From the NCBI GenBank assembly GCA_947631195.1, contig CANRKK010000008.1, positions 1,052-65,051 of the forward strand: a stretch of DNA of 64,000 bases, in the 5' to 3' direction. Position 1 is the first letter of the stretch. Each line of letters begins with the position of its first letter. This document shows, in pieces, positions 20,704 to 28,500 of this stretch. The stretch is from an uncultured Clostridia bacterium. Its GTDB lineage: Bacteria > Bacillota > Clostridia > Christensenellales > Borkfalkiaceae. The notes beneath the pieces are model-generated. The model did no database searches. It was not told where the DNA came from and worked only from the letters and a program-made list of their open reading frames with translations. The translations under genes were made by a program, and so were the position numbers.

Positions 20704-22212
20704 ATGAAGATTTTAAAGTTACTTTTCAGCAAAATTTTGGTTGTCGCCCTGCTGTTCGTCGCGCAGGCGGCGTTGATTTATGCGGCCATCGCCGTATTGG
20801 AAGTATTTCCGCTGTTCCAGCTCGTCAGCGTGGTTGTCGCGCTGGGCGTGCTGCTCACGGTCATTAACAAAAAAGAACCGCCCGAATTTAAAATTCCGTG
20901 GCTGGTTCTTCTGATATTTTTGCCCTTTTTTACCGTTGTGACCTACCTGCTGTTTGCCAACGCGAAGATGTCGCGGCGGGACTGCAGGCGCATAACCCTC
21001 ATCCGCGAACGCACGCAAAAATTTTCGGACGCGCACGGCTGCGAGCCGCCCGTCCGAAGCGGGGGCGTCGACGGGTATCTTGCCGCCACGGCCCTGCTGC
21101 CCTGCCACAGCGGGAACCGCATAACCTACTACGACGTGGGCGAAAAGTTCTGGCAGGCCCTTTTGGAGGAGCTTGAAAAGGCCGAAAAATATATATTTAT
21201 GGAATACTTTATCGTGCACGAGGGCGTTATGTGGGACTCCATACACGAAATTTTGGCGCGCAAGGCGGCCGCGGGCGTGGAAGTGCGGCTGATGTACGAC
21301 GATATCGGCTCGGTGGGCGCGGTTAAGGCGGGCTTTTGCGGGCGGCTGAAAAAAGAGGGCATAAACTGCCGCAAGTTCAACCCCTTCCGCCCCGTCGTTT
21401 CGGGCGTGCACAACAACAGGGACCACCGCAAGATAACCGTCATAGACGGCAGGGTGGGCTTTACGGGCGGCGTAAACATAGGCGACGAATACATAAACCG
21501 GAACAAGCGGTTGGGGCACTGGAAGGACACCGCGATAAAGATCGAGGGCTCCGCCGTGGACAACCTGCTTGCGCTGTTTTTGCAGCTGTTCGACATGAAC
21601 GCCAAGGCCGCGGAGTGCGACTATTCCAAGTACTTTTTGCCCGAACACGAAAAATTTGACGGCGGGGGCTATATCCACCCCTTCGGCGACGGCCCCAAGC
21701 CCTTCTACACCGAACAAATCGGCGAAAACAACTTTATTAACCTTATAAACGCCGCCAAGGAATACTGCTACATAACCACGCCCTATCTTATCCCCGACTT
21801 CAACCTGACGACGGCGCTGAGGAACGCCGCCCTGCGCGGGGTGGACGTGAGGATAATAACCCCGCACATTCCCGACAAAAAGACGGTGTTCAACATAACC
21901 CGCTCCAACTACTCCTTTTTGCTTAAAACGGGCGTAAAGATTTATGAGTACACCCCCGGCTTTATGCACGCGAAAATGCTTATCGCCGACGACAATTTGG
22001 CCTTTGTGGGCACGATAAACCTCGACTACCGAAGCCTGGTGCACCACTACGAGTGCGGCGCGGTTATGTGCGGCGCCCCCTGCATAGCGGAGATAAAAGA
22101 GGACTTTACGGCCACTCTCGCCCGCTCGCAGCAGATGCCCGCCGGCTTTAAGTTGGGCAAGCTGAAATCGCTGTACGCGGCGATAGTGAATATCTTTTCG
22201 CCCATGCTTTGA
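20704..22212 (+). CDS. cls: Cardiolipin synthase (phospholipase D superfamily)
   Basis: Two N-terminal TM helices and two HKD motifs (HRKITVIDGRVGFTGGVNIGDEY and HAKMLIADDNLAFVGTINLDYRS). Start taken at ATG 20704 (MKILKLLF..); the track start 20653 is a TTG. Confidence 0.9.
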   Translation: MKILKLLFSKILVVALLFVAQAALIYAAIAVLEVFPLFQLVSVVVALGVLLTVINKKEPPEFKIPWLVLLIFLPFFTVVTYLLFANAKMSRRDCRRITLIRERTQKFSDAHGCEPPVRSGGVDGYLAATALLPCHSGNRITYYDVGEKFWQALLEELEKAEKYIFMEYFIVHEGVMWDSIHEILARKAAAGVEVRLMYDDIGSVGAVKAGFCGRLKKEGINCRKFNPFRPVVSGVHNNRDHRKITVIDGRVGFTGGVNIGDEYINRNKRLGHWKDTAIKIEGSAVDNLLALFLQLFDMNAKAAECDYSKYFLPEHEKFDGGGYIHPFGDGPKPFYTEQIGENNFINLINAAKEYCYITTPYLIPDFNLTTALRNAALRGVDVRIITPHIPDKKTVFNITRSNYSFLLKTGVKIYEYTPGFMHAKMLIADDNLAFVGTINLDYRSLVHHYECGAVMCGAPCIAEIKEDFTATLARSQQMPAGFKLGKLKSLYAAIVNIFSPML

Positions 22213-22229
22213 CTTAAAAAACGCAAAAG

Positions 22230-22270
22230 CGCGCCCCGCTCTGACGAGCGGGGCGCGTAAAATTTTTGTT
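22230..22270. terminator. Bidirectional rho-independent terminator between convergent cls and SDR genes
   Basis: 12-bp GC stem cgcgccccgctc/gagcggggcgcg, 4-nt loop, flanked by an A-run (left) and a T-run (right). Confidence 0.7.
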
Positions 22271-22275
22271 TATGG

Positions 22276-23076
22276 TTACGGCTGTTTGCCTATATATGCA
22301 AGGATGCCGCCGTCCACGTACAGAATGTGGCCGTTTACGAAGTTGGAAGCGTCCGAAGCGAGGAACACGGCGGGCCCCATGAGGTCGCTCGTTTCGCCCC
22401 AGCGCTCGGCGGGCGTCTTTGCTATTATAAAGCTGTCGAAAGGATGGCGCGAGCCGTCGGGCTGGCGCTCCCTCAAGGGAGCCGTCTGCGGGGTGGCAAT
22501 GTAGCCCGGGCCTATGCCGTTGCACTGTATGTTGTATTTGCCGTACTCCGAACAGATATTGCGGGTAAGCATCTTGAGGCCGCCCTTCGCCGCAGCGTAG
22601 GCCGACACGGTCTCCCTGCCGAGTTCGCTCATCATGGAGCAGATATTTATTATTTTGCCGTGACCCTTTTTGATCATCGAGGGTATAACCGCCTTGGAGC
22701 AGATGAAGGGCGCGTTGAGGTCAACGTCCACCACCTTTCTGAACTCTGCCGCCGACATTTCGGTCATCGGTATGCGCCTTATGATGCCCGCGTTGTTGAC
22801 GAGGATATCCACAACGCCGACCTCCTTTTCGATTTGGGCAACCAGCGCGGTTACCGCCTCCTCGTTTGTGACGTCGCACACATAGCCGTGGGCCTGTATT
22901 CCCGCCTGCTTGTAGGCTTCCACGCCCTTATTTACAAGGTCCCGGTTGATATCGTTGAATACTATCGTTGCGCCCGCCTGAGCGTAGGCCGAAGCAATTG
23001 CAAAACCTATGCCGTAGGACGCGCCCGTGATCCACGCAACTTTGCCTTTGAGAGAAAAATTTTGTTCAAATCCCAT
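22276..23076 (-). CDS. Short-chain dehydrogenase/reductase, gluconate 5-dehydrogenase-like
   Basis: 266 aa. TGASYGIG, NNAG, S..YAAAK catalytic motif. Overall resemblance to IdnO/Gno-type enzymes (..FSLKGKVAWITG.., ..NGHILYVDGG..). Confidence 0.8.
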   Translation of the reverse strand: MGFEQNFSLKGKVAWITGASYGIGFAIASAYAQAGATIVFNDINRDLVNKGVEAYKQAGIQAHGYVCDVTNEEAVTALVAQIEKEVGVVDILVNNAGIIRRIPMTEMSAAEFRKVVDVDLNAPFICSKAVIPSMIKKGHGKIINICSMMSELGRETVSAYAAAKGGLKMLTRNICSEYGKYNIQCNGIGPGYIATPQTAPLRERQPDGSRHPFDSFIIAKTPAERWGETSDLMGPAVFLASDASNFVNGHILYVDGGILAYIGKQP

Positions 23077-23185
23077 TGGAGTTTCTCCTTAAAAATTTAT
23101 TTGCGCTATCATTATAACACGCAAAACGCAAGATGTAAATACCGCCCCGCGATTTTTTAGTGTAAGATTTGTCCCCCTGCGGCTA

Positions 23186-23602
23186 TTATTTCCTTTCCCC
23201 TGTTATTTCGGCATTGCTCTCAACCAACGCGTTTATATTCACTACAGGTAAATCTATTGTGGGGAAATTAGGTTGCGCCGTAACAAGCGATATCTCCGCC
23301 CTTAAATAAGGGAACAATATGGTAAGCGTATTATAAGTATTAATTTCTCTGCGTTTTACCTCGTCTTGTTCGGTGTTTTGAAATTCGCCCACCAAAACCA
23401 CTTCCATATTGAATTTACAATCCGATTTGATTTGGCAAACCAATTTTACGGTAATTGTATCACTCTCCAAATCTTTGTACTCGGGTGTAATTTTGATTTT
23501 GAATTCCCGGGGTACCGTCTCATCCCTTTCAAACGATATTTTTTCAAAATATAAATTTTTAAGGATTAAAACACTCTGTAATTTTTCGTCCATAACTCCC
23601 AT
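23186..23602 (-). CDS. SecB-like chaperone (third gene of a toxin-antitoxin-chaperone module)
   Basis: 138 aa. LKNLYFEKISFE.. and ..TLTILFPYLRAEISLVTAQPNFPTIDLPVVNINALV align by eye with E. coli SecB IQRIYTKDISFE.. and ..[36 protein letters not shown]. Overlaps the antitoxin stop codon. Confidence 0.85.
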   Translation of the reverse strand: MGVMDEKLQSVLILKNLYFEKISFERDETVPREFKIKITPEYKDLESDTITVKLVCQIKSDCKFNMEVVLVGEFQNTEQDEVKRREINTYNTLTILFPYLRAEISLVTAQPNFPTIDLPVVNINALVESNAEITGERK

Positions 23603-23979
23603 TATGCTACTCCTTTAATTTTATTATCATAACTGCTAAACGCCAGTTTAGAATTAAACGAAAAGCTCCATGCCGTCTGTTTGTTTTGTTCTTCTTTTTT
23701 CTCTTTTGCCGGCACGCCTAATTTTATTCTAGCCAGCGCTTCATCATAGAGCGATTGTAAATTTAACCAGTATTGAGCGTCACTGTAAAGTACAGACTCC
23801 AATTTAATTGCTATTTCGGCATTGATATCCCTTTTACCGTGTATAATTTCATTGATAACGGTTTTAGATATCCCCGTTTTCTCGGCAAGCGATTTCTGAG
23901 AGATTTTTAAGCTATCCATCTCTTCCCTTAAAAATGTTCCCGGATGTATTGCATAGTTAGGATTGAATTTAGTCGCCAT
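23602..23979 (-). CDS. higA: HigA-family antitoxin (XRE HTH) with a C-terminal extension
   Basis: 125 aa. IHPGTFLREEMDSLKISQKSLAEKTGISKTVINEIIHGKRDINAEIAIKLE is a typical HigA/VapI HTH. An extra tail of about 35 aa follows (..KEKKEEQNKQTAWSFSFNSKLAFSSYDNKIKGVA). 11-nt overlap with the toxin ORF. Confidence 0.85.
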   Translation of the reverse strand: MATKFNPNYAIHPGTFLREEMDSLKISQKSLAEKTGISKTVINEIIHGKRDINAEIAIKLESVLYSDAQYWLNLQSLYDEALARIKLGVPAKEKKEEQNKQTAWSFSFNSKLAFSSYDNKIKGVA

Positions 23980-24290
23980 AATGGTTTGAAACCTCCCAAA
24001 TGGTAATTTCGTCTCTATTATTAATATTCGTAACCAATATTTTAATTGTCATTCTGTATTGATAGTCAAGTTTTAATGCGATTAGTTCTTTTTTATCCCC
24101 CTGTAGTTTATGAATTCTGTATTTTTTATTGGCAGGGTTATTTTGGAACTTGTCAAACGTTGCAGTGACAGATAATTTATACATAAGCTCTTGCAGGATT
24201 CGTCACTACTTTTGGTGGGAGCTTTTTTGAAGCATATTCGGCGTCTTCACACAATTTTTGCGTTGACTTGTCTCTATATCCAATATCCAT
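23969..24290 (-). pseudogene. higB: HigB-like (RelE/ParE superfamily, 'killer protein' type) toxin gene split by a frameshift
   Basis: The track ORF 23969..24184 (71 aa) carries the C-terminal core ..YRIHKLQGDKKELIALKLDYQYRMTIKI..ITIWEVSNHYGD. My translation of 24290..24177 gives MDIGYRDKSTQKLCEDAEYASKKLPPKVVTNPARAYV*, a typical HigB N-terminus. The two parts join if one base near 24203 is skipped (..KVV/RILQELMYKLSVTATFDKF..). Confidence 0.55.
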
Positions 24291-24317
24291 TATTGCCCTT
24301 TATATAAAAAACAAACA

Positions 24318-24368
24318 AAGTTCACAATTTTGTGAACTTATAATAAACTATTTTAGTGACAAAGTCAA
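24318..24368 (-). promoter_or_regulatory. Promoter plus palindromic operator of the TAC module
   Basis: Minus strand: TTGACT (24368-24363), 17-nt spacer, TATTAT (24345-24340), immediately followed by the perfect palindrome AAGTTCACAAAATTGTGAACTT (24339-24318). About 28 nt upstream of ATG 24290. Confidence 0.5.
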
Positions 24369-24486
24369 TCATTTTTTTTATTTTCTATTGACGACATCTA
24401 TTTTATCATGGTTTTTATGTGTTTAACAATTTAAAACACATGATTTTTTATATAAAACAAATAACCGTTATTTTAAGATGCCGTCC

Positions 24487-25986
24487 TTAAAATCTGCAGA
24501 CGGTGCCCTCGAACGAGCCGTTTAAGTTGGCCTTCAAAAGCCCCGAAGCCTTTTTCCACCTGCCCGAAAGCAGCCGCGAGAAAAACAGCACCGAGCGCAG
24601 CACCCAGTCCGAACACATGCCTATCCAATATCCCATAGCTCCGAGCTGCGGCAGCCCCGGAATGAGGTCGGTGGTCAGCAAAAACGCCAGACCCACGCGC
24701 ATTATGAACATAGAGGCTATGGCGCAGTACATCACGTATTTTACGTCGCTGGTGGCCTTTAAAATTCCCGGCGTGGTGAAGGAGAGCGGATAGGTGAAAA
24801 ATTGGAACATCAGGCAAAAATACAGACAGTTGCGGCCTATCTCCTTTGCCTCGGCGACGTAGCCGTACATCTGCGAGATGGCGGGCACCAGCGCGAGTAT
24901 AGTGCCCACGCATATGCCGTTTGCTATATAGGACAAAAGGAACATCCGCCGCATGTAGTACTTTACCTGTTCGGGGTCGCCCGCGCCCACGGACTGCCCT
25001 ATGACCGTAAGGCAGGAGGTGCCCACTCCGCCGCCCACGACCGAGGCGATATTGTTTATCTGGTTGGCTATCGCGTTGCCGTTTGCCTGCACGTTGATGT
25101 TTATCAGCTCGCCCTGTTCGTTGAGGCCCTGTATGCTCTTTGCGCCCGTGGCGTACACGCCCGCGTTCACGAAGGTGTTGGTCATCAGCTTGCCCAACTG
25201 GAACAGCGCGCTCTCCACGCCGCTCGGCACCGCGATTTTAAGTATTTTTTTGATCATCGGGCCGTCGAAACGGAACTTTTCAAACAGCCGCACGCACACC
25301 GTGTTGTTTTTATTACCCAATAAAACGAGCATAAACACTGCGGGAACGGCGCGGCAGAACAGCGTCGCCAGCCCCGCGCCGAGCACTCCCATATTCAGCA
25401 CGAACAAAAATATCGCGTTCAGTCCCACGTTTACGCCGCAGCTTATGGCCGCGCTCGCCATCGTGGAAAAGCTCTTGCGCTGGGCGCGCAGCAATGCGGC
25501 GCAGGCGTTGAACAGCCCTATAAACGGGAAAGACGCGGCGGTGACGTAAAAATATACGCGCTGGTAGGAGAACGTGGAGGCGTCCACGTCGCCGTAGAAC
25601 AGCTTGATTATCGGCCGGTTCAAGGCAAGGCAGGCAACGCCTATCCCCGCCGAAACGCAGATAACCAGCATCAGCATCTGTTTTGCGCTCTTTTGCGCCG
25701 CCGTGCCGTCGCCCGCGCCCAAAAACTGGGAGGTGATTATCGCCCCGCCCGTGGCAAACGCCGAAAAGAGCTGGATTATGAGGTTGTTTATATAGTCCAC
25801 GTTGCCTATAGCGTTGCTCATGTTGCTGCGCACGGCCTCGGCGGCCCTTATGTTGGACACCATAAGCGAATCGAACAGCCCCAGCGACGTAGAAAATATC
25901 TGCTCGATAACTATGGGCAATATCAGCCACAAAAGCTGCTTGCCCGTAAACAGCGTGTATTTTCTTTTAACCTTTGCCCCTGCCAT
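24487..25986 (-). CDS. MATE-family efflux transporter
   Basis: 499 aa, about 12 TM segments. MATE-like N-terminus LWLILPIVIEQIFSTSLGLFDSLMVS and internal duplication. Confidence 0.8.
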   Translation of the reverse strand: MAGAKVKRKYTLFTGKQLLWLILPIVIEQIFSTSLGLFDSLMVSNIRAAEAVRSNMSNAIGNVDYINNLIIQLFSAFATGGAIITSQFLGAGDGTAAQKSAKQMLMLVICVSAGIGVACLALNRPIIKLFYGDVDASTFSYQRVYFYVTAASFPFIGLFNACAALLRAQRKSFSTMASAAISCGVNVGLNAIFLFVLNMGVLGAGLATLFCRAVPAVFMLVLLGNKNNTVCVRLFEKFRFDGPMIKKILKIAVPSGVESALFQLGKLMTNTFVNAGVYATGAKSIQGLNEQGELININVQANGNAIANQINNIASVVGGGVGTSCLTVIGQSVGAGDPEQVKYYMRRMFLLSYIANGICVGTILALVPAISQMYGYVAEAKEIGRNCLYFCLMFQFFTYPLSFTTPGILKATSDVKYVMYCAIASMFIMRVGLAFLLTTDLIPGLPQLGAMGYWIGMCSDWVLRSVLFFSRLLSGRWKKASGLLKANLNGSFEGTVCRF

Positions 25987-26107
25987 ACAGCGTATGCGGC
26001 TCCTTTTTTTTATACATTAATATAATACATTGGTTTTTCTTGATTTTCCATTGATTTTGGGATATAATTATCATAAAGTACGGATTTTTCAACAATCAGG
26101 TGTGCCT

Positions 26108-26926
26108 ATGGGCGAAACGCAGACGGAAAACACTATATTTGCGGGGTGCGAAACGCGGGAGGCGGGATACATTATGCCCGGCCCCCACTGCCACGGCTGT
26201 TTTGAGCTGTTTTACGCCGAAAACGGGAACTGCAACTTTTTTATTGACAACAATATGCACTATATACATTCGGGGGATTTTATACTGATTCCGCCCGACG
26301 TGTTCCACTACACCCGCTATTCGGGCGGGCCGTGCAGGCGGTGCATGGCGCACTTTTCCCGCGCGGACCTCGGCGGGGAGATAATAGATTTGCTGCCCGG
26401 CCGCGAAAAATTTTTGGAGGCGGTGCGGATATTCCAGCTGCCCGAACCCTACCGCGAACAGATAAGCGGTCTGTTTGCGCGGATGGCGGGCGAGATAAAG
26501 CTGTCGGACAGGTGTTCGGCGCACCTGCTGCGGGCGATGCTGAGGGAGCTGTTCTTGCGGTGCATACGCGAATGTCTGTTTTTGGAGGACATACCCGAAC
26601 AGATCCACACCACTGACAGGCAGATAGTCGCCGCGGCGCAGTTTATAAGCGGGCACTATTCCGAGCGCATAGACGCGGCGGAAATTGCCGCGGCGGCGGG
26701 ATACAGCCCCAACTACCTCAGCCGCAAATTCAAAAAGGCCGTGGGCATAGGCGTGCACGAATATCTGCTGTTCGTAAGGCTCAAACAGGCCGCCCTCGAG
26801 CTTGTAACCACCTCCGACTCGGTGACGGAGATTGCGTTCAGGTGCGGCTTTTCGGACAGCAACTACTTTAAGGACGCCTTTAAAAAAAAGTACGGCGTAA
26901 CTCCCCGCGCATACAGAAAAACATAA
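26108..26926 (+). CDS. AraC-family transcriptional regulator (cupin sensor plus HTH)
   Basis: C-terminal AraC HTH ..SPNYLSRKFKKAVGIGVHEYLLFVRLKQAA..IAFRCGFSDSNYFKDAFKKKYGVTPRAYR. N-terminal cupin-like GPHCHGCFELFY. Start at ATG 26108; the track start 26030 is a TTG. Confidence 0.85.
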   Translation: MGETQTENTIFAGCETREAGYIMPGPHCHGCFELFYAENGNCNFFIDNNMHYIHSGDFILIPPDVFHYTRYSGGPCRRCMAHFSRADLGGEIIDLLPGREKFLEAVRIFQLPEPYREQISGLFARMAGEIKLSDRCSAHLLRAMLRELFLRCIRECLFLEDIPEQIHTTDRQIVAAAQFISGHYSERIDAAEIAAAAGYSPNYLSRKFKKAVGIGVHEYLLFVRLKQAALELVTTSDSVTEIAFRCGFSDSNYFKDAFKKKYGVTPRAYRKT

Positions 26927-26940
26927 AATAAAAAATATTT

Positions 26941-26972
26941 AAGCGGCGCAACCGTGAACGGTTGCGCCGCTT
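26941..26972. terminator. Terminator hairpin closing the 11-gene cluster (also downstream of the convergent araC-family gene)
   Basis: 14-bp stem aagcggcgcaaccg/cggttgcgccgctt with 4-nt loop. On the minus-strand transcript it is followed by AAAUAUUUUUUAUUUUA. Confidence 0.7.
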
Positions 26973-26997
26973 TAAAGTTGCCGCAAGGCAACGCCTT

Positions 26998-27330
26998 TCA
27001 ATAAAGTTTTTTAAGGATATCCCTGTAAGTGCCGTCGTCCGTCTCGATCAAAAAGTTTTTGCCGCTCTTTAACTGGAAAGAAACAAGCATGCGGCTCTTG
27101 GAATGGGCGCTCAGGCCGCCCCAAAGACCGCCCAAGCCCAATTTTGAAAACAACAAGCCCTTGGCCGCCATTCTCGTGCCGCTCGTATGCGTGCGGGAAT
27201 CCAGCACCTCTATGTTCACCACGTCGTCGCGCACGATATGTATGGTGTCGTTGCCCTTTTTGAGCCGCACACCCTTGAATTCCACTGTGAGGTGATATCC
27301 GACATAATCTCCGCCAACTACTTTTGTCAT
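26998..27330 (-). CDS. Hypothetical 110-aa protein, last gene of the cluster
   Basis: Co-directional, 21 nt after the preceding stop. Contains a Gly-zipper-like stretch KGLLFSKLGLGGLWGGLSA. No family recognised. Confidence 0.5.
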   Translation of the reverse strand: MTKVVGGDYVGYHLTVEFKGVRLKKGNDTIHIVRDDVVNIEVLDSRTHTSGTRMAAKGLLFSKLGLGGLWGGLSAHSKSRMLVSFQLKSGKNFLIETDDGTYRDILKKLY

Positions 27331-27351
27331 AAAATTATTTTTCCTTTAAAC

Positions 27352-28491
27352 TTATTCGATTTTGACCGTCAACGTCTCGCCGCATATCTCCACGGAGATC
27401 TGCCCGCCCATCGCCAGCTTCTGCATAACCATCTTGACGGCGTTCATGGCCATCTTCATCTTTTCTTCCGCCGAAGAGCCCACGCACAGCGCAAACTGCA
27501 TCTCTCTTTTGCCCTTTTTAAGCTCCTCCTCGATAAAGCCCCTCAGCTCGTACAGGCTGTTCAGCCTCTTCAGGTTGCCGCCCGCCTGCGGTGCGGTTTG
27601 CCTCTGCGCGGGCTGCGGTTGGGGTTGGGGAGCGGGCCTGCCGTAAGGACGGGGTTGGGGTTGAGCCGTGTTTTGGCTCCCGTAAGGGCGGGGTTGAGCC
27701 GTGTTTTGGCCGCCGTAGGGGCGGGGGCGGACGGGCTGCGTCTGCCGCGAGTCCCGACTTTCCTCCTCACCCCACGTTTGTGTGCATGCGGGGAAGTGCG
27801 GCCTGTTCCACGCGTGGCTTGCAAGCATCTGGTCGTCCGTACGGTTGAAGTAGCGTTTGTCTACAAAACTGCGCGTAGGATTGGAGCCCAATATGCTCGT
27901 TGCGTCGAGATGATAATTTTTGCCCTTTATCTCTATGATATTCCATGCGTGCGGGCCGCCGCCCGACAGCTTTATGGAGCCGTCCACAAAGATGCACTTT
28001 ATATTGTTGCAGTCGCACAGATACTTTACGGCCCTGGCTATGCCCGAACACTGCGCCTTTTTGAAGTAGAGCGCCGACGCCGCGTTCTGGTTGTAAGTTA
28101 TGTCTATCTCGTAGACGGTGTTCTTTACAATCAGTTCGACGATATTGATTTCCGTCTGTTCGTCGTCAGCTCCCCTCACCTTTGAGGCCGCGGCTTCGAG
28201 GGCCGCCTGTATGGTCCGTATTTCGCCGTCGGAGTACAAGTTACGGAGCATCAACGCTATGCACGCCCCGCGGAAAGACCGCGTCATTTGCGCGGAGATG
28301 CGGCAATCCATCCAAAAAAGTTCGGAATGGTCGCAGTACACGGCGTTGTAAGCCGCGCTGAGGTCGTCGGGGTCGGTCAAATTTAAGTTGACAGAAGTCT
28401 TTTGTTTTTTGACCGCCTCAACTATTTCATCGTAGGCTGCGCCGAGCCGCCTGTCGAGTTTGCCGCGGTGATACTCATAAATATAAGCCAT
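27352..28491 (-). CDS. Transglutaminase-like (papain-fold Cys-His-Asp) protein with Pro/Gln-rich tandem-repeat linker and a small C-terminal domain
   Basis: 379 aa. Putative triad KKAQCSGIARAV (Cys148), GGGPHAWNII (His181), NYHLDATS (Asp196). Linker RPRPYGGQNTAQPRPYGSQNTAQPQPRPYGRPAPQPQPQP. Confidence 0.65.
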   Translation of the reverse strand: MAYIYEYHRGKLDRRLGAAYDEIVEAVKKQKTSVNLNLTDPDDLSAAYNAVYCDHSELFWMDCRISAQMTRSFRGACIALMLRNLYSDGEIRTIQAALEAAASKVRGADDEQTEINIVELIVKNTVYEIDITYNQNAASALYFKKAQCSGIARAVKYLCDCNNIKCIFVDGSIKLSGGGPHAWNIIEIKGKNYHLDATSILGSNPTRSFVDKRYFNRTDDQMLASHAWNRPHFPACTQTWGEEESRDSRQTQPVRPRPYGGQNTAQPRPYGSQNTAQPQPRPYGRPAPQPQPQPAQRQTAPQAGGNLKRLNSLYELRGFIEEELKKGKREMQFALCVGSSAEEKMKMAMNAVKMVMQKLAMGGQISVEICGETLTVKIE

Positions 28492-28500
28492 TGCTTATCC

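Noticed and set aside
20719-22047. 442-aa minus-strand ORF overlapping cardiolipin synthase
   Set aside because: It is antisense to a gene with two clear HKD motifs, has a compositionally biased translation (V/G/R/A/H-rich) and shows no recognisable domain.
23160-24486. Prophage remnant, IS element or integrative island
   Set aside because: No integrase, transposase, tRNA target or terminal repeats are visible. The AT-rich segment contains only the three TAC genes and their promoter.
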